Assembly (NCBI GenBank): GCA_963997925.1
Contig: CAXEOX010000001.1
Coordinates: forward strand, 16,536 to 80,535
Origin: an uncultured bacterium
GTDB taxonomy: Bacteria > Chloroflexota > Dehalococcoidia > Lucifugimonadales > UBA3495
Reading direction: 5' to 3'
Length of the DNA stretch: 64,000 nt
Shown here in pieces: positions 34,862 to 43,237 of the stretch. A program made the translations under genes and the position numbers. Each line of letters opens with the position of its first letter. The first letter of the stretch is position 1. The notes below the pieces were generated by a model. That model saw nothing but the letters and a program-made list of their open reading frames with translations, ran no database searches and was not told the origin of the DNA.

Positions 34862-35512
34862 TTATTGAACTGAGTCTATCCTAGAGTTGAGCCTTTCCAG
34901 TTCTAGGCCAAAATCTCCTTGGAAATCACTCAAGACCCGTTCCAAATCCTCCACTTGCAAGCGAAGTTGCTCAAGTTCCAAATGAGCTTCGCTCTTGGCA
35001 TCCTCAATCATTCCTCTAGTTTCGTCGATCTCGAATCTTAGTTGATCCAGGTCAAAGCCCTGGTCCGCATCCAGGTCTCTTAGTGCCAGATTGTTATTTA
35101 TGTCGTCGACCTGAAATTGCAGATTGTTCAGGCTTTCTAACCGGGCGTATTCGAACTCCAGACCGTCAAACCTGGACCTAACCTGTTGAATGTCCAAACT
35201 CAGGCTCTCCAGATCGAACCTGGACACGGGATCGGTCCCTTCCACTTGGTTCTTGAGGCTATCGAATTCAAAACGCAGGTCATCCAACGGTTGCATCATT
35301 TCGAATTGAAAATCACCCTGGCTGGGGCCGAAGTCCTGGGACATCTCCTCCTTGGCCGCTTCGATCTGGAATCTGACCTCGTCCTCCACCGCTTGCATGA
35401 TACGTCCCTCGTCCAACGGCTGTTGGCCGGCGAGCTCACAGGCTACGGCCGCCACCAGTAGAATCAATGCGGCTGGAATGACTACCGAGGCCAGGTGTTT
35501 ACGTAGTTTCAG
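34862..35512 (-). CDS. Acidic, repeat-rich putative lipoprotein (possible CTG start)
   Basis: The track ORF starts at TTG 35467 (MILLVAAVAC...). The frame is open upstream with no ATG/GTG/TTG, but a CTG at 35512 lies 7 nt after GGGAG and would give MKLRKHLASVVIPAALILLVAAVAC, a complete lipoprotein signal. The mature part consists of degenerate F-x-[FL]-[DE]...L repeats. Confidence 0.5.
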   Translation of the reverse strand: MKLRKHLASVVIPAALILLVAAVACELAGQQPLDEGRIMQAVEDEVRFQIEAAKEEMSQDFGPSQGDFQFEMMQPLDDLRFEFDSLKNQVEGTDPVSRFDLESLSLDIQQVRSRFDGLEFEYARLESLNNLQFQVDDINNNLALRDLDADQGFDLDQLRFEIDETRGMIEDAKSEAHLELEQLRLQVEDLERVLSDFQGDFGLELERLNSRIDSVQ

Positions 35513-35563
35513 GATATAACTCCCTTTTTGCCGGATCGATTTCCGGCACGCTTACATGACTGG

Positions 35564-37552
35564 TCAAGAAGCGCGATTCTCACCCATGAAATAGTCGTAC
35601 TTCAATCCGGCTCTCTCACTCACTCCGGGGATGTCTTCCGCCAGCATGTAGCCCTCATCCACCAATGACTGAGCGGAGACCCGCACCTGCTGTAGGTATG
35701 ACTCCCGGCCGGAGTAGCGTTCGCTTATCGACCGGCGCGGGTCACCGGCGGATTCCCGGTCGGCGGCATTCTTCTGAAATGGCAGCGTCCAGCCCGCCAG
35801 TCCCCCAGTGATGCCGATGAACAGATCGGGATTTCCGATGCTGGGATGGCGCAAGTTCCAGCCCGTGTAAGTCGCCACGGGAACTGTCAGGTCGGGCAGC
35901 CGGATGCCGGCTCGGTCATTGAAGTCATCGTCGATGTCGGAAACCAAGGCGGGATATTCCTGGCCTACTTCCGCAGGCAGGGTAGTTAGCCTGCTCAGAT
36001 GACTTTCCGTCCCATAATCCAAGCGCAGCGCACGAGTGGTCTTGGCGGTCACCGGAACACCGGGCAGACTAGCAAACTTGTCCATGACCGACTGGGAATC
36101 GACTGCGGTTCTGTCGGACAATCTGGGGTGCCTGCTGGCGGGCGGGGGCTCACCGGTGGTGACCCATCGGTCCAGATTGACCAGGGCGGCACGAAGCAAG
36201 GGAGCGTAATCGACGCTATTGAAGGGCAACTGCCCCTGTCTTCCCCCACCGCTCCTAACTTCCAGAGGCGGGAACGCGCCAAGACCATGCTGGCACCCGG
36301 CGAAGTGGTAGCGGCGGACGGAAGGGGATTCATCTGCGTCTTGCATCGTTTCCAAGTCGGTGTGAATCAATGCGGCGTCGCCCCGCCAGTACTCCCCCGA
36401 GGTGTTGGTGAACATCATCTTGGGCACTTGGCCCTGTTCCTCCAACTTATCCAGCAAGGAGCCGGTAGCACCGGTTATGGGGTCGACTTGGGTAGTATCG
36501 GTGAAGGGGAACATCTCTGGGCAGATGAAACAGATGTCTTGAGAGGGCTGGCCGAAGCGGAGATTGAACTCACCCCGCATCCCGCCGCCAACGTGGGGAA
36601 TGATGCCGTCCAGAGCCATGCGGCCTTCTTCGTCGTCATTCAATCCCAAGTGAATCATCTGCCGCAGAAACCGGCCGCTCTGGGACCTACCGAACCCGTA
36701 GGCATAGTCGATGTCACCAGCGCAGGGGTTACCCGCATCGCCATCAGCGTATTTCAAGAAGGACACTACGTCTCTGACCGCGGCGAGGCCCAGGCCTACG
36801 ATGGTGCTTCCCTTGGATACGTACACCAACTGGTAAATCTTGCCCGGCAGAAAGCCCGACGGCATGTATATGTGGCTGGGTTCGGAACCCGCCTTGGCGT
36901 CTTCGGAGCGGATGAAAGACCAATCTCCCCGGTCGATGGGCGCCGCCTGGTCGTTGGGGTGATCGCGGATCATTAGTGTGGCGTCCGGGTCGTCCAGGTC
37001 CGCCGGAGGATGAGGCGTATGCCCACGATGGGATAGCAGAAAACTCTGTACCGGGATATCTGACTGAAATTGGCAGAGAATCTTCCCAGCCAAGGGGCCG
37101 CCGGGGCCGATGGCTTGCGGAGCTTGCAATCCGATCAAGCCAGGAACATCCGGCATATCTGCTTGCCAACCGCCCCAGACGACGGTGTAGCCATGGCGCA
37201 TCAGGAACCCGTTGCCAGGCGCCAAAGGCGCCGTTGGATCCTCGATGGAAGGAATACTGTTGAAGCCAAAGGCGGTTTTACCGCCCCGGTTCACCACGTC
37301 GAACAACAACCGCCGATTGCCTCGGCCAAGTTCAGAGGGTTTAAGTACCGCAAAGTCGGCGGACATCTCGACCTTGCCCGCCGAGTCTCGAGGCGCAAGG
37401 TCCAGATCTGTGATGACTTGGTTCCGGGGATTGAGAGGATCCACCGCGAAATGGACTTTTCCTTCGATCAGTTCGTAAGAACCGGTCTCTCCGAAGGATT
37501 CTCCATGAGCGAACTGACTTCGATCGGCTATCTCAAGCTTGGTGACCGGCAA
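35564..37552 (-). CDS. Conserved hypothetical protein of about 660 aa (family usually annotated as alpha/beta-hydrolase-domain protein)
   Basis: The N-terminus VTKLEIADRSQFAHGESFGETGSYELIEGKVHFAVDPLNPRNQVITDLDLAPRDSAGKVEMSADFAVLKP...GNRRLLFDVVNRG matches a widespread uncharacterised family as I recall it. I chose the TTG at 37552 after the RBS AAGGGGGG. Confidence 0.5.
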   Translation of the reverse strand: MPVTKLEIADRSQFAHGESFGETGSYELIEGKVHFAVDPLNPRNQVITDLDLAPRDSAGKVEMSADFAVLKPSELGRGNRRLLFDVVNRGGKTAFGFNSIPSIEDPTAPLAPGNGFLMRHGYTVVWGGWQADMPDVPGLIGLQAPQAIGPGGPLAGKILCQFQSDIPVQSFLLSHRGHTPHPPADLDDPDATLMIRDHPNDQAAPIDRGDWSFIRSEDAKAGSEPSHIYMPSGFLPGKIYQLVYVSKGSTIVGLGLAAVRDVVSFLKYADGDAGNPCAGDIDYAYGFGRSQSGRFLRQMIHLGLNDDEEGRMALDGIIPHVGGGMRGEFNLRFGQPSQDICFICPEMFPFTDTTQVDPITGATGSLLDKLEEQGQVPKMMFTNTSGEYWRGDAALIHTDLETMQDADESPSVRRYHFAGCQHGLGAFPPLEVRSGGGRQGQLPFNSVDYAPLLRAALVNLDRWVTTGEPPPASRHPRLSDRTAVDSQSVMDKFASLPGVPVTAKTTRALRLDYGTESHLSRLTTLPAEVGQEYPALVSDIDDDFNDRAGIRLPDLTVPVATYTGWNLRHPSIGNPDLFIGITGGLAGWTLPFQKNAADRESAGDPRRSISERYSGRESYLQQVRVSAQSLVDEGYMLAEDIPGVSERAGLKYDYFMGENRAS

Positions 37553-37663
37553 TGTTGTACCCCCCTTTTCGCCTTGAATACAGGGTTCGATAGCCAACCT
37601 TGGGCCATCTCCAGGGGATTTTAACATCTGGGCGAAAAGGGAGGTCCTTTTCACCTAGGGAAA

Positions 37664-38038
37664 TTATCGTTGATGCGCCTCTAAGAACACTTCGGGAACG
37701 GGTAGCTCCCCCCACTTGTCTCCCGACTTGGCCGATTTAGTTACGTAGCCCTCACGTTCCAGTTCCCTAGCGCCGACGATGATGGCGATCCGTTCCTGGA
37801 GTTCGGCTGGATCCCAGGGTTTCTTGATATAGTCAGTAACCCCCGCCTGCAGGCACCGGCGCTCCGATTCGATGTCTATCCTGGCGGTCAAGATAATCAC
37901 CGGGATATGCTCGGTCTCTGGATTGCTTTTCAGCTTGTGCAGCACTTGGAACCCATCCATGATGGGCATGTTCAGATCCATCGGAGCGCAGTTCTTAGAG
38001 CTATTCGCTGGCGTGTACTCCGTCTTCGTTCGTCGCAT
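37664..38038 (-). pseudogene. Response-regulator receiver domain lacking its N-terminal third (truncated remnant or orphan fragment)
   Basis: It begins MRRTKTEYTPANSSKNCAP and then runs directly into MDLNMPIMDGFQVLHKL...PVIILTA...DYIKKPW. These are the phospho-Asp strand and the T and K motifs, but the beta1-alpha1-beta2 region with the DD acidic pocket is absent. Confidence 0.5.
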
Positions 38039-38250
38039 GATATTAATTCCTTGACCCGTTGACTCTCAGTCCCAGACTTCTTTACATCGCCAGGCTTCCG
38101 AGCATTGACGGAGAGAGGGGGAATCCTCTGCCTGTATCCAAGCCGGAATCCCAGACGTTGCCGCGTCACTGATTTTCCACTCAACAGCAATCCCCATATT
38201 TCCGCGTCGATACACTCCTCTGGACACCCCACCCAAACTCCGCACGCCGG

Positions 38251-38259
38251 TGGTATAAT
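38251..38259 (+). promoter_or_regulatory. Candidate extended -10 promoter element (TGGTATAAT) upstream of the capA-like gene
   Basis: TG-G-TATAAT at 38251-38259 lies 62 nt before the ATG at 38322. No good -35 hexamer is present. Confidence 0.35.
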
Positions 38260-38321
38260 CGGCCCACCTGACGCCTGAGACTAGTCCCGGCGCCATCCCA
38301 GTGTCCATCTTAGGAGGCAAC

Positions 38322-39671
38322 ATGATTTACAACGCTGAGAAAAGAGACATCTCCATCGCCGTTGGCGGCGACGCGATGATTACCAGGCGGATGCAGTCCT
38401 TCACCGAGCCCAAATTCCTCGAGCTGATCGAGATATTGAGGGCTGCCGACGTTTCGGTGGTGAATCTGGAGATGCTGTTCCACGACTACGAAAGCAGTTG
38501 GCAATGGAGCGGGGCGACCTACACGAGGTCCGATCCCCGTAACTTGGAAGAACTGAAGTGGATGGGTATAAACGCGGTCACCACCGCCAACAACCACTCC
38601 TTCGACTTTTCCGAGGGCGGGTTCTTGACCACTCTGGAACACTGCAAAGAGGTGGACCTTCCCCAAGCCGGCGGCGGCCGAGACATAGACGAAGCCCGCG
38701 CCCCGGCCTACGTTGACTCTCCCATGGGACGCCTGGCCATCATGTCCGCCACCAGCACCTTCAGCGAGCAGTCCAGGGCGGGCGGCGGCAGGCCCGACTT
38801 CCCCGGCAGGCCTGGCGTGAACGCGCTGCGCCACGACCTGACCCACCACGTGGAGCGGGATGTGTTCGAGTCCCTGCTCAAAGCCAATCAGGAGTTGGGA
38901 TACACCGACATCGAGGAAGCCACCCGAGCCTTCGGCTTCAGAGGCAACAGTGATGCCGCCGACCACTCCACCGAAGTCGAATTCATGGAGAAAAAATTCA
39001 TCCTGTCGGAAGAGTTCGCCGTCAAAACTTCGCCCAACCAGGACGACCTGGCCGGAATGGCGAACTGGATCCGTGGCGCTCAGAAGCTGTCCGACTGGTC
39101 GATCTACGCCACCCATTGCCATGAAAGCGGATCCACCGGCGAGTTCCACGGCAGCACCCGGGTTTCGCCCCCCGATTTTCTGGTGGACTTTGCCCGCTGG
39201 ACTATCGACCAAGGCTGCGCCATGTTCGTCGGCCACGGACCCCACTTCCTGCGCGGCATCGAGATATACAAGGGCAAGCCCATCTTCTACAGCCTGGGCA
39301 ACTTCATCTTCCAGAACGAAAGCGTCCTGCGGCTTCCCAGCGAAGCCTATCGCCGCTTCGGCCTGGGCCACGAACAGACCCCGGGCGACTACCTGGACAC
39401 CCGCTCCGGAGGCGGCACCCGAGCCTTCGCCGGCGACCCCATCTTCTGGCAGAGCGTGGTCGCTGTATGTAACTACGCAGGCGGCGAACTGAAGGAAATC
39501 GTCCTTCACCCCATCGACATGGGGCACGGACGTCCCATCGCCCAACGAGGCCGCCCAGTCATAGCGGAAGGCGACATGGCCCAGCGAACCCTAGCCTGGC
39601 TCCGTGACGTCTCCAAACCCTACGGCACCGAAATTACGATCGAAGGTGAAGTAGGAATGATTCGCCTGTAA
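38322..39671 (+). CDS. CapA-family (PGA_cap) metallophosphatase-like protein
   Basis: IAVGGDAMITRR...AADVSVVNLEMLF...GINAVTTANNHSFDFSEGGFLTTLE...AGGGRDIDEA. The ATG at 38322 lies 4 nt after TAGGAGG. Confidence 0.75.
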   Translation: MIYNAEKRDISIAVGGDAMITRRMQSFTEPKFLELIEILRAADVSVVNLEMLFHDYESSWQWSGATYTRSDPRNLEELKWMGINAVTTANNHSFDFSEGGFLTTLEHCKEVDLPQAGGGRDIDEARAPAYVDSPMGRLAIMSATSTFSEQSRAGGGRPDFPGRPGVNALRHDLTHHVERDVFESLLKANQELGYTDIEEATRAFGFRGNSDAADHSTEVEFMEKKFILSEEFAVKTSPNQDDLAGMANWIRGAQKLSDWSIYATHCHESGSTGEFHGSTRVSPPDFLVDFARWTIDQGCAMFVGHGPHFLRGIEIYKGKPIFYSLGNFIFQNESVLRLPSEAYRRFGLGHEQTPGDYLDTRSGGGTRAFAGDPIFWQSVVAVCNYAGGELKEIVLHPIDMGHGRPIAQRGRPVIAEGDMAQRTLAWLRDVSKPYGTEITIEGEVGMIRL

Positions 39672-39689
39672 GCGCCTCCCCCGGACCCT

Positions 39690-39729
39690 AAATCCCCCTT
39701 TCGTAAAGGGGGATTTAGGGGGATTTCCC
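39690..39729. repeat. CCCCCTTT..AAAGGGGG hairpin plus GGGGGATTTCCC tail (REP-like family 4)
   Basis: AAATCCCCCTTT-CGT-AAAGGGGGATTT has a 12-bp perfect stem and is followed by AGGGGGATTTCCC. An inverted copy lies at 45832-45866, and a degenerate copy at about 3933-3965. Confidence 0.55.
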
Positions 39730-39759
39730 GCCCCAGCAAAATCTCAATCAGGAAGCATC

Positions 39760-41175
39760 ATGCAAGACACCGACCTGCTCTACACTCCAGTCTGGCAACT
39801 ACGAGAACTTCTGGACACCCGCCAAGTCTCTTCTGTCGAACTAACGGAGACGTTCCTGCGCCGGATCGAACAACTGAACCCCAAGCTCAACGCGTACCTC
39901 ATAGTCACGGGAGACGAAGCGTTGGCCGCCGCGAAAGCTGCCGACGAGATGATTGGACAGGGCCAGGCTGGGCCACTGTTAGGCATCCCCATTTCCCTGA
40001 AAGACCTGGAGGCCACCAAAGGGATACGCAGTACCATGGGGTCACTGGCGTACCAAAACACCGTGCCCGACTTCGACTCTGTAGTCGCCGAGCGGGTGAA
40101 AGCCAGTGGAGCCGTGCTGCTGGGTAAAACCAACACCCCTGAGTTCGGACTACAGGGCACCACGGAGAACCGGCTGGGCGACCCTTGCCGCAACCCATGG
40201 AACACCGAGCGGACAGCTGGGGGCTCCAGCGGTGGCGCCGGAGCGGCAGTGGCTGCGGCTATGTGTCCCTTCGCCACCGGCACCGACGGCGGCGGGTCCA
40301 TCCGCAACCCCAGCAGCTTCAACGGTATCTACGGAATCAAGCCGACGCTGGGTAGAGTCCCCAGGGCGGGCGGATTGGGACGCCCCGCTCCCAACCTAAC
40401 TTCCCAGTCGGGGCCCATGGCCCGCAACGTTCGGGACGCCGCTATGTTGCTGAACGCCCTTGCCGGGCATGACGCTAGGGACCCTGCTTCGTTGAGAGAT
40501 CAAGCGCCGGACTTCCTAGCCGGTTTGGACAACGGCGTGCATGGACTTCGGATAGCTTGGAGCACCGATATGGGTTACGGGGTAATCGACCCTGAGGTGG
40601 CCTCCATCACGTCAACCGCGGCCCGTGTGTTCGAGGAGTTGGGTTGCACGGTGGATGACCCTGGGTTCGCCCTGGATAACCCCATCCCGGCATTCCTGAT
40701 GATTTTTTGGACAGGTAACTACACTAGCTACGGCCACTTGATGGAAGAGTGCCCCGACAAACTAAGCGACAACGCCCGGTTCTGCTTCGAAAACGGCAGC
40801 AAAGCAACCGCCGCCGACTACGCTAGGGCTATCAGGACGGTGGACGAGATGAAGTGCCGGATCGATGACCTGATGGACACCTATGACCTGCTGCTCACGC
40901 CAACGATGGCGGTGCCACCCTTCCCCATCGGCCAGCCGCCGGACAAGATAGACGGCAAGGACGTAACGGCAAGGACGGCGTATTCACCCATGACCCGTCC
41001 CTTCAACCTGTCGGGACAACCCGCCGCCAGCGTTCCCTGCGGCTTCTCCAGCGATGGCATGCCCATCGGACTGCACATCATCGGCAGAAGGGGAGACGAA
41101 GCAACAGTCCTCCGCGCCTCCGCCGCCTTCGAACAAGCCAGACCGTGGGAGCACCTCCGGCCAAATATCAACTGA
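39760..41175 (+). CDS. Amidase (amidase-signature family), paralog of 2505..3908
   Basis: It has PISLKDLEATKG and the AS block TAGGSSGGAGAAVAAAMCPFATGTDGGGSIRNPSSFNG. Confidence 0.85.
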   Translation: MQDTDLLYTPVWQLRELLDTRQVSSVELTETFLRRIEQLNPKLNAYLIVTGDEALAAAKAADEMIGQGQAGPLLGIPISLKDLEATKGIRSTMGSLAYQNTVPDFDSVVAERVKASGAVLLGKTNTPEFGLQGTTENRLGDPCRNPWNTERTAGGSSGGAGAAVAAAMCPFATGTDGGGSIRNPSSFNGIYGIKPTLGRVPRAGGLGRPAPNLTSQSGPMARNVRDAAMLLNALAGHDARDPASLRDQAPDFLAGLDNGVHGLRIAWSTDMGYGVIDPEVASITSTAARVFEELGCTVDDPGFALDNPIPAFLMIFWTGNYTSYGHLMEECPDKLSDNARFCFENGSKATAADYARAIRTVDEMKCRIDDLMDTYDLLLTPTMAVPPFPIGQPPDKIDGKDVTARTAYSPMTRPFNLSGQPAASVPCGFSSDGMPIGLHIIGRRGDEATVLRASAAFEQARPWEHLRPNIN

Positions 41176-41208
41176 CCGGCCTTGGCCGCTATATAGATGT
41201 TAAGGAAA

Positions 41209-41862
41209 CTATATAAGCCACAAAGTCAAGAGTGTGGCTGCTATCGCGATAATTCCTCCGACTAAAGGGCCATTGAAAGCTGCCCATTGAAGTTTGTGGC
41301 TTCGAGACTCCTCGGCCAAGAATCTCAACGCCTCGAGTAGGTGGGATCCGCTCCACTCTTCAACTTCCTGAAGCTGTTCTAAGGTGTAACCCTTTTGGGA
41401 CCGTAAAAGACGATCTCCTTCAAAACTCTCATCTCTACTACGTGCAAGCCTCAAGCGATGCGTTTTTGCATCTTCAAGCTCTGCACCGGCTTGGAAAGCT
41501 TTGCCAACAGACTGCTTCAATTCCCGATCTGCCTTCAATTTTTCGAACCATTCTTTGGTGAATAATTGCTTCGGAGAGGCTAATCTGGTGAATGCTAATG
41601 GCGCGTCACGGTGAGCGTCTCGGAGGTCACCGAGATGCAGCATATGTTTTGTGCGACTGACCAACGCACGGTAGTGTGTTTCCGAAGAAATCCCCAAGTG
41701 AGCCGCAATTTGATTAAGGACCCGTTCTTGAGCCTGGGTTGTCGGGAAAGAAGTCTTGGGGAAAACTAGAAAGCTTTCTCGGTCCCGACCTGGCGCAACA
41801 TGCTCGGCCCCAAAAGAATACTCCGGGTCGTCCGTGAAGGCTACATAAAAAGCGATGAACAT
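41209..41862 (-). CDS. Hypothetical tail-anchored membrane protein in a low-GC island (coding-like frame continues to 42072 without a canonical start)
   Basis: This 217-aa ORF is helical and charged, and its extreme C-terminus is a TM helix (LVGGIIAIAATLLTLWLI). The same frame stays open 70 codons upstream of the ATG up to a TGA at 42075..42073. Confidence 0.4.
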   Translation of the reverse strand: MFIAFYVAFTDDPEYSFGAEHVAPGRDRESFLVFPKTSFPTTQAQERVLNQIAAHLGISSETHYRALVSRTKHMLHLGDLRDAHRDAPLAFTRLASPKQLFTKEWFEKLKADRELKQSVGKAFQAGAELEDAKTHRLRLARSRDESFEGDRLLRSQKGYTLEQLQEVEEWSGSHLLEALRFLAEESRSHKLQWAAFNGPLVGGIIAIAATLLTLWLI

Positions 41863-42094
41863 GGGGCTAGGGCCTACCGTCTCAAGTTCCCATGCATCAT
41901 GACCTCCAAGCAGTTCTTCTAGGATACGGAGCCCCTCCCTACCAAAACCGTAACTGTATGGATGGGTTATATGCTGATTGCACTTGATTGTGGTTGTAAA
42001 AATTGTTCCATCGTACGTTAGCCTGAATGTCTCAGTCAGAGTTGTTCCAGAATAATGTAAATCTTGATTTTTTCAGGCCAATTCGCAGTAAACT

Positions 42095-42427
42095 TCATTG
42101 GGGAAAAACAGAGAAAGCTGGCTTAGTCCTATCCTCGAATTGATGATTAACTTGGTCTAATCGACGGACTCTTGCCTGTCTGAGAGACGTCGGTGCCTCA
42201 GCATCCGGAACGGATACCACGATTGGTGACCGACGGACCACTTCGACCATATCGGCAAAAATTTCTCTTAATGTCTCAAATTGTGTTGAGACGGTAGCGT
42301 TCTCCGTCAAAGAGGGCAACGCAAATAAGCATCCAACTCGAATGGCGTAGATGTCTACATCTGGTTTATGAGGCCCTACTTCCTCAGAAGATTCGACCGT
42401 GGTCTCTGCGAAGCCATCTTCAGACAT
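42095..42427 (-). CDS. Hypothetical protein (110 aa, acidic N-terminus), low-GC island
   Basis: This ORF has no motif I recognise. It is co-oriented with 41209..41862 and lies 20 nt upstream of its open frame. Confidence 0.35.
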   Translation of the reverse strand: MSEDGFAETTVESSEEVGPHKPDVDIYAIRVGCLFALPSLTENATVSTQFETLREIFADMVEVVRRSPIVVSVPDAEAPTSLRQARVRRLDQVNHQFEDRTKPAFSVFPQ

Positions 42428-42483
42428 TATTCGTTGTCCTCACATTTCCTCCATCCCGAGTAATCTCTTCGGTACAACCGAGA

Positions 42484-42954
42484 CTAGTCCTCAACCTCTA
42501 CAATCATCTCAATCTCCACGGCCATCTGGCCGGGCAGCATGGCCATTCCCACGGCTGACCTAGCGTGTCGGCCAGCGTCGCCATAGATGCTGACGAGTAG
42601 GTCCGACGCACCGTTGGCTACAGCGGGCGATTCCCGGAAGTCCTGGGCGGCGTTCACCATGCACAGCAGCTTGATGACCCTTTTCATCTTGTCCAGATCA
42701 CCGATCTCGCCCTTAAGCGAAGTGAGAAGGTTCAGCATGGTTTGGCGGGCGGCGGCGTAGCCATCATCCACGGTCAAGTCAGCCCCCAGCTTCCCAGTGT
42801 GGGAGAACCCACCTTCGGGCAGGGACGGGCCGTGTCCCGAGAGGTAAACCAGGTTGCCGGTGCGAACCGCCGGAACAAAGTTTCCTGCCATCGTGGTTCT
42901 GGGCGGTGGTAGCTGGTAGCCCAAGTCGTTAAGCTTTTTCTCTACTTCCGGCAT
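42484..42954 (-). CDS. RidA-family protein (longer, about 155-aa subgroup)
   Basis: NLVYLSGHGP...DLDKMKRVIKLLCMVNA...ARSAVGMAMLPGQMAVEIEMIVEV. The RBS is GAGGTG. Confidence 0.8.
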   Translation of the reverse strand: MPEVEKKLNDLGYQLPPPRTTMAGNFVPAVRTGNLVYLSGHGPSLPEGGFSHTGKLGADLTVDDGYAAARQTMLNLLTSLKGEIGDLDKMKRVIKLLCMVNAAQDFRESPAVANGASDLLVSIYGDAGRHARSAVGMAMLPGQMAVEIEMIVEVED

Positions 42955-43141
42955 ATCTGTTCACCTCATCGGATTTATTACGGTTCCCTCGAATTCCAGT
43001 TGACCCGCCCATTGTACCCTTGCCGGTCTAGAAAACAACCGGATTGTCAGCCCTCTGGTGGGCAGCACGGTGGTATTATTGTTTACCTTGATTCCGGCTC
43101 AAGTGAATCGTCTAGCGCAAACGCACCGAATTGAACGCGAT

Positions 43142-43170
43142 GTAGTGGCAAGTTTGAAACCTGCCACTAC
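43142..43170. repeat. GTAGTGGCAAGT hairpin (family 1 variant) in a divergent intergenic region
   Basis: GTAGTGGCAAGT-TTGAA-ACCTGCCACTAC is a 12-bp stem with one mismatch. Confidence 0.5.
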
Positions 43171-43237
43171 GCTGGAGTGAGCACAGCGTTTTTCCAAAGA
43201 ATTCCCATCTCAAGCTTTAGATTAAAACGAGGGCAAC

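Noticed and set aside
38310-39545. I noticed a long antisense ORF (411 aa) opposite the capA-like gene. Similar long shadow ORFs occur at 7038..7952, 13187..13963, 27755..28669, 31806..32753, 35999..36976, 50762..51676 and 1347..2312.
   Set aside because: Their translations are Arg/Gly/Pro/Val-rich low-complexity sequences without motifs. Each lies opposite or out of frame to an ORF with clear family signatures. These are typical stop-poor shadow frames of high-GC DNA.
42073-42075. I considered the in-frame TGA upstream of the 41209..41862 ORF as a second selenocysteine codon.
   Set aside because: Upstream of this TGA the same frame runs only about 25 codons before a TAG. It has no start codon and no protein-like sequence or redox motif, and I see no adjacent hairpin. 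It is more likely a frame boundary or a damaged gene.
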